Positions 20,201 through 33,701 of a stretch of DNA of 64,000 nucleotides are shown one piece after another (the stretch's first letter is position 1; each line of letters starts with the position of its first letter). Under the pieces are notes generated by a model. The model made no database searches. It was not told where the DNA came from and worked only from the letters and a program-made list of their open reading frames with translations. A program made the position numbers and the translations under genes. This DNA comes from Bugula neritina (lineage: Eukaryota > Animalia > Bryozoa), in the NCBI GenBank assembly GCA_964035545.1, contig OZ037767.1:2305680-2369679 (forward strand), read 5' to 3'.

Positions 20201-22385
20201 AACTAATTGTCAACAGTTTCAACTCCACAAGTTAATCGTAGCTCGACTAAAGCAGGACTTTGCATGAAAGTAAAGTTTGACGTTTTACTTGACTGAGTAC
20301 AATAGCAGCGTCTTACAAACCCATTAATACGTACAGTAGCCAATCACGGCGAGGCAAAGACACTTGTTTTAAAATAACGCAGTGACCTGCAAGCTATTGC
20401 CCTAACCACAGGTTCTGCTTACAATAAGTTCAATTACTATAAGAATAATATTATGAGCGTACTGCTAAACAATAGTCACTAGTTACTACAAAGTTTTACT
20501 ATAGTTACTTTAAAGTCGTGCTAGTTACTAGCTACCACTGAGTTGCATTAGTTATCAACTACTATATGAAGTTCTACTAGGTACTCTAAAGTTCTAATAG
20601 TTACTACCTACATTGTTATACACTAGTTACTATATAAGTGTGCTAGTCACTATAAGGTTGTAGTATAAATTGATACTAATAAATATTTTGTTAAAATGTA
20701 CTGGAATTTCAAAGGATGCAAAAACTCCCCAGATTTTTACTGAAAGCACTGGGGACTTTGCATTATAGTTTCACATGTAGAATTATGAGGTTGCTTTTTT
20801 TCTTATATTGGAGAGTTGTCTGTTAGTTTGAAACACGGCTTAAACTTTCAGACTTTTAAACTGTATTAAAATGAGAGATATTAGGCACCCTGAAAATATG
20901 CCCAATCATTACTAGACTCCAGTTGGATAAGTTATAGAACTGAATCTGGAAAACTCATCAATAGTATAATTTATTAAAAGCAGCTGCTAGTATATTCACT
21001 GAGCATACATTATATATATGATTCTATCCCGTTGTATTCACACTGTGTCAAGTAAGACTATGCAGACCTAACTTTAGCAGCAAAATTAAATTTTTCATCA
21101 AAGTATCCGATCTTTTGCAAATTTATAGCATAGACCGTTTTCTTTCTTATATGTAGCAGTTAATTTAGCACCCAAACTTCAAACTAGTGATGAAGAACCT
21201 ATGCTAAGCCAGAAGGGCTGGCCACCAGGAAACATGAATCACCAGTTCCTTGTGTTGTAATATACTTCTTGTTAATTTGATACGTGGTGTGAAGGGGAGG
21301 GGGTGAAAACAATTTATAAAATGAAATGAAATGAAATTGTGATCTGTTTAACTTTATAGGCTGTAAGGAGGGGGGGTTCAAAGTACAAGAACTTAATAAA
21401 CGTTAGGGTTTCATCACTGTCTTTAATTTGATTTAAGTAGAAGTAAGGTAATTGAAACCAAATGTTAACATTTCAGGCTTATATTATTTATTGTTTATGC
21501 AAACAACATACCCTACATCCTATTCTATATCCTATTCTTTACTCTATATGCTATACTATAAGTCTATTCTATATCCTATACTCTATACTATACTATATGC
21601 TATCCTATAGTCTACCTTCTATCTTATATCTTATACTGTGTTCTATATACTTATTTATAAAACGACTGCATCACTTTGTACTAATCTGCAGAAAGTGTGG
21701 CTCAAAAATAACTAATTAAAACAGGCCAACAGAGTTGTTATGATTCGAACCTAAACCCTGTACAAGTTGCTGCCGTAGGTGCTGCCAGACCAGTTCAACA
21801 GCTCTAAACATCCAGGGTTTACCTTTAATAACTTAAATCATCATAATTAACTGAAAACATGTAACTACTTAAAGTGTAAGTGCTTTTAGTATTGTTCGAA
21901 ATAATAGCAATAGCAGTGTTGTTGCATTGTAGGACAATCTTCCCTTGCATTTTCTAGATAAACTGATAGTTTAGTCAAGTATGAAGAGTATGTATAAATA
22001 GACTGATTAGCAATGTCTATACAGTAGAGTGCAGTTTGTTGTTTTCACCTGCTTTACATTTTTGTACTATGGAGAACTACCTTCAACTATACACAATAGA
22101 TGCAGTGGAGTTAAAGCATGCAAGGAATAAAAACCAACTGAAAGTGTTATATTACTGTGTACAGAGCAATCACTTTGAATAATAGACAGCTCAAGCATGA
22201 CATTTACACTGCCCTGCGGTTAGGTTACAGAAGTTAGATGTAGGCTGGAACGTAAGGCACCCATCCCTCCTAGCAACTTGTATCTTTCAGACTCGTACTA
22301 ATTTCCCTGAAGGAGACATTTCAGTGCTGCTGCTTGTATTGTGCAGTTGAATCACCAGCATTACAATCTACTTGATAACTTGAAC

Positions 22386-24381
22386 ATGAAAGGAGCCATT
22401 TTTTTCACTGTGTTAGCAGGTAAGTTAAGAATAAAATAGTTGTATAATAATTGTTTACTATATACACATAGCAGCATGAACATACTTTATATATTAGAAT
22501 AGTTTACAGTCACTGTGTTTCTATGCATATAATATTGTAAAAAGTCAGATATAAATAAATTACTTTTTTCAACTGAAAAATATAAAACTGGATTTTGCTT
22601 TCAAGCTCAATAAATTTGAATTGAAATGAAATGCTAGGAATAGAACATATACAATAGTATTATTGAAACATAAATCATTTAGATTAGAGTCACAAATTAA
22701 TAAAAAAACTCATTTTCATATTAGATAGAATGTAACAATTGTCATGGTGTACTAATTAGAAATATTTTATGTTAGAGTTGGACCTTTTCTAAAAGAGTGA
22801 ATTCCATAATGTAATGATGTATCTTAAGGTGTGCATTTCTAGTCATTGAATCAACAGTTGTTGTACCTCTAAGTCGGAGCAATCATTTCTCAAACTCATA
22901 TTGTTATGTAATATTCAGGTGTGTAAAACTTCTGTAGCCCTTCACTAAGTAATAGTTGAAAAATCTTTTAGAAAAAAGACGCTCTTAAGTTTAAAATCAC
23001 CATTATTCATTTAGGTGTAAAAATGTTGAAATAATCTCACCAAGCCCAAGGAACTACATGGCTGTAATAAATATTAGAGTAGTTGCTTTCACTGCCTTGC
23101 TATGACGATAAAGATCTTACCTCCAGTAATTCTAGTATTACTGATATTTATTTCTCTCTCCAATAGGTCTAGTGTCCACTGGGCTGGCTATTCAGTGCTA
23201 CGTCTGTACTAGTGTAGACGATATGGCTTGTAATGACCCATTTGAATCCTTCACCATGACTAAACAGACCTGCTATGGATCTAACAACTGCATAAAAGCT
23301 GCTGCTTTGGGTCAAAGTAAGATGTTCTTATATTTACAGACATCCTGCGAAATTTGTTAATGTTGGTTAAAGATGTGCTTGTTTGATATAGGACATGTTC
23401 TGAATACAGAATACATTCATCAGTATACTTTGACATAGTGTAATTCCAATACAGCCTAAAAGTGACTACATTTTGAATATGGCTTTTTAATGCGGATTGA
23501 TTTTACCTATCTGCATATTGCTAACTTTACAAAATTTAAAAATTTGTATTTTTGATGTTATATATTTATTAATTCAATTAAAAAATCTTTTTTATGATCA
23601 TTTGACTCAGTACAACAATATTTTGTTTGTTGTGCTGTTATTGATAACTTAAACTTATGACAATGTGACAGATTAAATAAAATTATTCCTTTAAAAAACT
23701 TGGTTTATGTTACAATTTTGGTGATGAAATTCATAGTTAAAAAGTGTTTGAAAGTTAGTAAAAAGTGGAGCATTCACTATAGCCTAGATCACTAGATTAA
23801 TATCGCACATGTGCATTATTTTCCCATCCTCGCTCAAACTATCAAATGAAAATTATCGCCAGTTACAAGAAATCAAAATCAGCTGAAAGCTACTAGTTCA
23901 ACTAAGGTCAACCAGAGCCCTGGGGGAGTTGATCACATGACTGTAATCCTCGTAGCCATATACGATGAAGGTTATGCAATGTCAATCATTGTACGTGCCA
24001 ATAAAGTTATATATTTAGCCTTTATTTTCTTAGGAAACTTTCTGTCATATCACCAATAGATTGAAGGCCAAGTCTATTACCTACATAAAAACCCTTGCAG
24101 AAACTGTGGCTATAACTAAACACACAAGTTTTGATACATGGTTTTTCATAAAATTATGTTCATCTGATGAGTTCTTTGTTTCAGTCAGCAGAGCTTGTGG
24201 TTATGATAACTCCACAGTATCTGTTGGTTCCTCTGATGGAGAATGCACTACGAGTAAGGTCCTGAGTATTAAAGCTACTATCTGTACTTGTTACTCTGAC
24301 GGCTGCAATTCAGCAAATCTTCCTAAACTCTCCTCTTTTGCTGCCGTGATCTTAGTAACAGCATTTAAAACTCTGCTTTAG
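22386..24381 (+). CDS. Ly6/uPAR three-finger protein C (predicted GPI-anchored), 126 aa
   Basis: Exons 22386-22419, 23167-23316, 24185-24381; IQCYVC, CNDPF, CTCYSDGCNSA, 10 Cys, hydrophobic tail. Confidence 0.92.
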
Positions 24382-26409
24382 ATATGTGAACCCATATGGA
24401 TTGGTGATGCTACACTAAATGCTGTTTATATATTATATTACTACAATATTTTTTATAAGTGTTTTTTATAAAAAGTTTACAATAATTTAGTCACCAAATA
24501 GTCTTTGAAAATTTGTTCAAGATAAATATACTGTATATATTTTATCTAGTTTTATTTCTAATAGCCAATTGTGTTTATTGATTCAAATAAAATTATGAAT
24601 ACATTTATCTAATATTTCAATTTTACTAAAAAAAAATTTCTCAGTTTATTGTATTTTCAACACAATAAATCGAGAAAACTAATCATTTACATGCAATTTA
24701 CAAACATGTATAATTCTATAGGAGCTTTAACTGATGGATGAACTCGGAAATGTTATCAGTTTGCAAAACTATTAGTTTTAAAAACAGTTCTGTTGAAGGT
24801 TGACTTTCAATTCGAATGCAAGTCCAAAACCGAAAGCATGTTATCTCAAAAGCTATACCTAATAGTCTAAAGGATAGCGGCAACTTTTGTTTTAAAACAC
24901 GTTTTAATAAATGTATGTAATAATTATAATACTCATTTCGGAACATGCAAAGTACAAAAATTTTAGCAGGATTGACAGGTTTATGTTGCAGTGGTATTGA
25001 TTCAATGTGAAGTAATAACCAAAATTTGAAATAGAATACTAATATATCTTTATAGCAGACTGAAGATACAGCAAATGGAGATGTTAACACACACTAGATT
25101 CAATCAGCTAACAGTCTAATAACATGAAAGCTAACAAGAAAATATGGTGAATATGTAGTAGTTAGTAGAAGTAGTTTGATACATGCATATGCAGATGGCT
25201 GAAAACAGTCTATGAAAAGAGTATTACTGTGAAACCAGCCGGGTGCTCTGTTTAACTTGATTAGATCGAGCAGGTGATGGTGGTAAGGTTAGCTTCAAAG
25301 TACAAAACTTGGGAGTTGGAGTTTCAAAACTGTTTTTAATTTAATAAGTAGAAATAAGTTGATTGAAACCAATTCTTGATTCCAGGCATAAGTCAACCTG
25401 AATTATGCACTATTTATACATACAACCTGTAATATTATGACTATGGATGCAGTAGATTATATTTCGTTAAACAATGAACACGAGCAAGTATAGTATTTAA
25501 GATGGCAATAACTTTATTGAACTGAAAGTAACTTTGACCTAATAAAAGCGTAACATTGCAGCGAGTGCATTATTTAATACAACACAACCTTATAATCCTA
25601 TATCCTATCCTATATTCCACCCTACATCTTTTATCTTATACTGCGTTGTATATATTTATCTATAAAATGATTTTATCAGTTTATACTAATCTGCAGAAAC
25701 TTGTGGTCAACATTTGCTAATTAATTATAACTGAAACAGGTCAATATATGTTTTATGATTCAAACATAGAACCCACTAGTGACTAGTAGTTGCTGCCATT
25801 GATGCTGTAACACCAGTTCAACAGCTCCAAACATCCAGGGTTTACCTTCAATAACTTAAATTATCATAATTAAATAGAAATATGTAACTACTTAAAAATG
25901 TAAGTGTTTTTAGTAAAGCTCAAAATAATAGCAATAGCAATGTTGTTGCATTGTTGGGCAACCTTCCCTTGCATTTTCTAGATAAACTGATAGTTTAGTC
26001 AAGTATAAAGAGTATGTATAAATAGACTGATTAGCAATGTCTATACAGTAGAGTGCAGTTTGTTGTTTTCACCTGCTTTACATTTTTGTACTATGGAAAA
26101 CTGCTTTCAACTATACACAATAGATGCAGTGGAGTTAAAGAATGCAAGGAATAAAAACCAACTGAAAGTTTTATATTACTGTGTACAGAGCAATCACTTT
26201 GAATAATAGACAGCTCAAGCATGACATTTACACTGCTCTGAGGCTAGGTTACAGAAGTTAGATGTAGGCTGGAATGTAAGGCACCCATCCCTCCTAGCAA
26301 CTTGTATCTTTCAGACTCGTACTAATTTCACTGAAGGAAACATTTCACTGTTGCTGCTTGTATTGTACAGTCGAGTCACTAGCATTACATTCTACTTGAT
26401 AACTTGAAC

Positions 26410-28353
26410 ATGAAAGGAGCCATTTTGTTCACGGTGTTAGCAGGTGAGTTGGGAATAATATAGTTGTCTAATAATTGTTTACTATACACATAGCAGCATG
26501 AACATACTTTATATATTAGAATAATTTGCAGTCACTGTGTTCCTATGCATATATTGTAAAATGTCAAATATAAATAAATTAGTTTTTTCAACTAAAAATA
26601 TAAAACTGGAGTTTGTTTCCAAGCTCAATAAATTTGAATTGAAATTAAATGCTAGGAATAGAACATATACAATAGTATTAATAAAACATAAATCATTTAG
26701 ATTAGAGTCACAAATTAATAAAAAAAAACTCATTTTCATATTAGATAGAATGTAACAATTGTCATGGTGTACTAATTAGAAATGTTTTATGGTAGAATTG
26801 AACCATTTCTATAAGAGTAAACTCTATTATGTAATGATGTATCTTAAGGTGTGCATTTCTAGTCATTGAATCAACAGTTGTTGTACCTCTAAGTCGGAGC
26901 AATCATTTCTTAAACTCCTATTGTTATGTAATATTCAGTTGTGTAAAGCTTCTGTAGCCCTTCACTGAGTAATAGTTGAAAAATCTTTTAGAAAAAAGAC
27001 GCTCTTAAGTTTAAAATCACCATTATTCATCCAGTTGTAAAAATGTTGAAATAATCACACTAAGGAACTACATAGCTGTAATAAATATTCAAGTAGTTGC
27101 TTTCACTGCGTTGCTATGACGATAAAGATCTTACCTGCAGTAATTCTAGTATTACTGATATTTATTTCTCTCTCCAATAGGTCTAGTGTCCACTGGGCTA
27201 GCTATTCAGTGCTACGTCTGCACTAGTGCAGAAGATATGGCTTGTAATGACCCATTTGAATCCTTAACCATGACTAAACAGACCTGCTATGGATCTAACA
27301 ACTGCATAAAAGCTGCTGCTCTGGGTCAAGGTCAGATATTCTTATACCTACAGACATCCTGTGAAATTTATTAATGTTGGTTAGAAATGCATGTGCTTGT
27401 TTGATAGGACATGTTCTGAATACAGAATGCATTCATCAGTATAATTTGACAAAATATATTTCAAATACAACCTAAAAGTGACTGCATTTTGAATATAGTT
27501 TTTTAATGTAGATTTGCTTTGCCTATTTGTGCATGTTGCTAGCTTTAATTTAAAAATTTGTATTTTCAATGCGTTTTGTATTTATTGATTTAATTAAAAC
27601 ATCTTTTTATAATCATATGACTCAGTACAACAATATTCCATTGATTATACTACTATTGATAACTTAAACTTATGAGGATGTGACAGATTAAATAAAATTA
27701 GTCCTTCAAGAAAACTTGGTGTATGACACATTTTTGGTGATGAAATTCATAATTAAAACATGTTTGGAAGATAGTAAAAAGTGGAGCATTCATTATAGCC
27801 TAGATTACTAAATCACCTTTGCACATGTGCTGTATTTCCCCTCCTCGCTCAAACTATTCATAGCCAAGTCAACCAGAGCCCTGGGAGAGTTAATCACGTG
27901 ACTGTAATCCTCGTAGAAGTTCAATGAAGGTTATTTGATGTCAATCGTTGTGCACCTGAGCAAGCCACTAAAATTATATATTTAGCCTCTATTTCCTTTC
28001 TTCAGAAACTCTGTCATTCTACCAGCTGATTAAAGGCCAAGTCTATTACCCACATAAAGATCCTTGCAGAAACTGTGGCTATAACTAAACACATAAGTTT
28101 AGATACATGGTTTTTCATAAAAGTATGTTCATCTGTTGAGTTCTTTGTTTCAGTCACCAGGTCTTGCGGTTACGATAACTCCACAGTATCTGTTGGTTCC
28201 TCTGATGGAGAATGCACGTCAGTTAAAATCTTTGGAACTGAAGCTACTAGCTGTACTTGTTACTCTGACGGCTGCAACTCCGCAAATCTTCCTATAAAAC
28301 TTTCAGCTTTTGCTACCGTGACCTTAGTTACAGCGTTTAAAACTCTGTTTTAG
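26410..28353 (+). CDS. Ly6/uPAR three-finger protein D (paralog of C), 127 aa
   Basis: Exons 26410-26443, 27181-27330, 28154-28353; same structure as C; intron 2 donor G|GTCAGA. Confidence 0.9.
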
Positions 28354-30771
28354 CCTTCTGAACCCATAAGACTTCGGAGATGCTACACTAAACATTGTCT
28401 ATACCTCATATTACAACAATATTTTTATAAGAATTTTTTAAAAAAAAGTTTACAATAATTTTGTTATCAAATAGTCTTTGAAAATTTATTCAAGATAAGG
28501 ATGCTGTATATATTTTATCGAGTTTTATTTCTCATAACAGCTAATTGTGTTTATTGTGAATACATGTTTTATTAAAATAAAAATATGAATCTAGCTATTT
28601 AATATTTCTACGATTTTATCTTTCCAAATTTATTGCCTTTCCAATAAAATCAGCTAGAAAACTTATCATTTGTGTACGTGCAAGGAATCTTAAAAACTTG
28701 AGCTAATGAGTGAACTGAACTTTTATCAGTTAAAAAAGTATTTATGGTAAAAATAGGTTTATTGAAAGTTGAATTTCAATTCAAATGCCAGTTCAAAACT
28801 GAAACATCTTGCCCAAAAAAGTCTAAAAACATACAGAAGCTTTTGTTGTGAAATATATTCTAATAAATGATATAACAATAATAATATTCATTTCAGAACA
28901 TGTGAGGTATAGGAACTTTAGCAGTGGTAACAGCCAACAGGTTTATATTGTAGTGGTATTGGCTGTTCATGCAGTGTAAGAATAGAATAGAATAGCTACT
29001 ATTATATCTTCATAGAAAGCTTTCAGCAGACTTAATGAAGATACAGAAGATGAAGTTGTACACAAACATCAATTAAAATCCATTCAGTTAATAGTAACGG
29101 GTGACAGCAAACAAAAAATATATATGGAGTAATATGTGGGATATAATATGGTTTATAGAAGATTAGCTACTATAGCTAATTTGTTGTCACATGACAAATG
29201 CCAAGCACTGCCCTGCAAGTATTCGGACAATCTATTGGCTATCAGGAGGAGCTACAAAAAGTTAGACTGTCTAGTAAGTTGCTCTATTAAATGCTATTGC
29301 AATCTTAATAGTTTCATCCCAAGTTAGTTTCCATCATTATTTGGCACACCCTAGTTTTATCTTTGTCAGCAGTAATGATTTGACTTTGCAGAGATATAAA
29401 CCTATTAAAATATTATTATAATCATAATACTTCTTGATGTCTGCTGCCTTAGGGTCAATGTGCTCTGTGACCTTCTTGAAATGCAATACTCTGTTATCAG
29501 CTATTAAACTGTTTGACATGCCTTTCAACTTCTAGCAAAAATCATATTGCTTCATGCCACATGGAGGCAATTGAAGTTTAAGTCACGTGACTGAATCAAA
29601 GCCTATGAAGATGTCAATAAGCAAGATCACCTTTGACCCTCTGTAAGCAAGTACCCAGGCAAATGTTAATGTTTCTGTTTCATTTTCAAACAGAGTAGGT
29701 AGCTCTACTACTGCTTTATTTTTATCTTGTTTTGACTTACTGGGCTAATTTCTAAAACTACAGGCAGTTAAGAACCTAAAACATTTTAGAGCATCTCCTG
29801 GGACAGCCTGGAATTAAAACAGGCAAATATGTTTCTTATTATCATGTTTGCTCAGATTTTAGACCAATAGCGTGTTGCTTTAAATCTTGCTTGAAAGAAA
29901 ACAAGGAAAGACAAATCTTGTGCGCTAAAAATGTTTTACTTATTTCACTCAGATACATCTGCAACTCGAAAACACAGTTATATGTTGTGATTGCAATCAG
30001 GTTGCATAACAGAAGAGCAGCTGCTATATGCACAACAAGGTTATATATTTATATATTTTTATTTGTTCTTTTAAATTTAACTTTTAGTTTAGCAGTTGAA
30101 TTTTAGCAGTTATCAAACTTTGTACAGATTATGCAGGCATAGCTTTGTCAAAGATTGGAAAAAATCTGGACACTGTCAAAAATGTTGTACAGTTATGGAA
30201 GTTGTCTACTTTTCAAATCTATAAAAATAAATAAGTACAATGGAAAATGAAAAATAACAACACTTCAGCAAGAACTAAAAAGAAAGAAATATTAAATTAA
30301 AAAAAGCTTCAATTCAAAATCATACCGATATCAAATATATATAAACTGTTGTTGAGTATAGGCAAGCAGAAATGATATCAAGTTTGACACAAACTGTAAC
30401 TTCAACTGTGACTCATTCTCACCAAAAATTACAAACTTGAACATTGAGTAAAAACTCTGTGATGACAACTTCAAAATTACATCAATTTGAGTTATAGTTT
30501 GAATAACATTGATTCCTAGTTATATGGGCGCATATAAGTGTGTGTGTGCGCGTGAGGTTGTGTGTGTATGTTTTCATAAGATTTTTTTATCAAAACATAA
30601 AGTCACTCTGCATAACTTTATGTATAATAACTATTTACGAACTTCCTGTGTGTTTAAAAGTTTAATAGTGAAGTTGTTTTATTTTGCTGCGAGGAATGCG
30701 TTAGAGAGAACATAACTCTCACGGACTAGACAACTTGATTAAAGAGTGGACAATTGCTAAGTGAGCACGAG

Positions 30772-33670
30772 TCACAAAGATGAATAAGCCAGGGAACTGA
30801 GCATAAACAGGGTTGTGTAATGAGATATGTTCTCTGTAGAGGCTGTTGAGTTGAGTCCAGAGTTATTATCCTTGACCTCTAGAGCTGAAATATAAATACC
30901 CAAGTATATAGCTAAATATTTTTTTTCTAATAGCAGTAGTGTCAGCCAATTGCAAATTAAAAAAAGTGAATCAATATTTTACAATGCTATTGGTTTATCA
31001 AAAAATTAAATAAAAAACCTTTATTTAGCAGTTAAGTAGCATATTTTTCATCTCATCTTAATCTTGTGTTACTGCACTTTATTATACAATAAGGATGAAT
31101 TGACTTTGATGGAAAATGCATCTTTAAACACAAAGCTAAAAATATTATAGTCACTTTAGCTAATTATAATAGTATATATCAGAAACAACACACATAAAAA
31201 ACGAATATTCATTTTTTTCTTTTCATGTTTAATGAAACATCATTTTACATGTATATGTTTGGTCAAGTTGCTATAAAAACAGGTTTGAAGTATTTTTGTT
31301 AATAATTTTTTTTCCAAATATCTACAAATTAATACTCCCTTTTTATTAATTACTAAAGTTGAAGAAGTGGTAGCACTACTATACAAGTGATGGGCTAAAA
31401 AGTCTTATACACTCACCTACAGTAACACAGCTCTCGATACTGGTATGAACCTGGCCATCCTGTGACACCCAGCTCCCATCTCCACCACACTTTAAGGAGA
31501 TGTAGTCTGCCGTCTGCTGGGACGGGAATATGGAGTTTCCCTCACATGTGAAATTCCTGACAGAGCCAACGCTGGTGCTTGTGGGTGTTACTTCCTTTAC
31601 ATTCTCTCCAATGGTGAGGTGAGAGCATGAGGGCACTATAAAAGGTTGGTAATGAATTTAGTTTAGTAGGCTATAAGTCATAGTTCATAGGTCATAGTTC
31701 ATAGTTCAAAGGTTATACGCCATTCTATTTACTAGCAGTGGATAAACCCCATTTTATAGCAATTAACTAAACTGCATAATACTTGTATCTAAAATCATAA
31801 TAACCTCATATATCTTATATGATATTTTTGCATCTATTATATTAAGCAAAATTATAAAAATAACATAATGCAATAATATAAGAAACTATAGAATATATAA
31901 TAAACTAATATATAATAAATTATCTTAGAAATTATTTGTAGACAAAGCTCGCTTTGCCAGAAATAAAGCTTAACTAGACTAAAAGATTATAGTGACCAAG
32001 AACAGAATGAAAAAATCTGCTCAATAGTTTAATTAAATATTATAGGAGCTATATCCTATGTCTTTGCTTTCAGTTTCAAACTAGCTCATAATATATTCTA
32101 AGTACATCAGATACATAAGATAAATGCTATGACCCTACCCACACATGTTGCCAGATCTTGAGGAGGTTTACTCCACGCCCCACTCTTTTTGCAATATGTT
32201 TTCTTATGGCCTCGTGTTGATTGCACATACCCTGGTTCACATGTCACGTAATGGTATGTTCCCACAGGTACTTGTGTGACATTTGCCATCTCCATACCTT
32301 CTAGGGGTGGGCAACTCTTACTAATGCTCTTAGCAGTTTCTATACAAACACAAGGTGTAAATTAATAACTGCAATGTATAATACACCACAGCTAGGAAAT
32401 AAATTTTGTATTCTTATTACAGGTTTGAAGTAATGTGCTACATGCATCATATACACACACTTATATCATCACTGCATTAAGCCTAAGTGTATAACATATT
32501 GTAGGTACTAAAAGTTGTTAATTCCAGTTGCTAAAGAAATTATTAGTTTTTTGCTAATCGAATGCTAACCGTACTAGTAAGCTTAGCTGCTATAGCATTG
32601 TATATAAAATTAATGGTTCTTATATCATTGAATAGCATTAAAAATACTTGCTGCTTTATATTATAGCCAACAGCGAGGGTTTTATTTCAGTTCAAGTGCA
32701 TTTAGTTGGATGTATTAATCACTAATTACATCTATCTGGTGAGTCCCTTATGAATGTTGATAGTTGAACTGTGCTAATTGTTCCATTAGCTTCCAATTCT
32801 CAACTAAATTAAGCATATGCTAAAGTTTCAGCCATCTTTAGTGCATTGTACGAAAGTAGCATGCAACTACGGAGAAAGTATTGATCCAGTATCTCTATAG
32901 CTAATATCTATTATTTATAACTATGATTTTGGATAAAAGGAATAATTGTTCTAGTCATGCTATTTTCTGTGATCAAATAAACATCTTCAACAGCTAATAG
33001 CTCAGGGAATATATCTTTATAGCGTTAGCTGTAATCAAGGATCTTATTTGTCAAGAATTAGCAGCTAAAAGAGAATTTTGCAGGCACACTAACCAAATAC
33101 ATGATAATGCATTTAAGTGCTGTTTGTAAAAACATTTTCAATTCAAGGAAACTGTATAAACTTCTGCTAATTTTCTTTTTAAAGATGCATTTTATTTCAA
33201 ACCTACTCGTGTAAATATAAGGACCTTTTAAATTAAGTTGTCACGGTTCATTGTAGATCAATCTTGTTTCAAATAATCAAAGCACATGATCTAGCATATT
33301 TTTGCATTCTTTTTTATATATAGATTGTTTAAGTAAATGAAAAATAAACTTCATTTGAATTTATTGACATAAAATATTGTAGGAATTTTCATGGAATCAA
33401 TTTAGTGCTGATTAAACTTTTCTTCTTTATAAGCTTTTTAATAATAGCACAAAACCTTTCAAAATAGTATATACAAACTAAGACTTGAGTAATATCTAAT
33501 TATATTATATATTATATATTATATTATATTTTATGGCTACGGTAACAATATTAAGTGAGTATATAATATAATATATTGTACTATAGGCTACTATACATTA
33601 CACTTTCTTTTGATAATTATTGTTGTTTCTTTTTTCATCTATTTTATAATCAGTGTAAATTTTCTATTTT

Positions 33671-33701
<31 letters not shown>

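Larger units (their letters stand above)
21375..29130 (+). repeat. Tandem segmental duplication, two ~3.9-4.0 kb units each carrying one Ly6 gene
   Basis: Promoter, introns, exons and 3' flank are collinear between ~21375-25220 and ~25290-29130; boundaries approximate. Confidence 0.92.
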
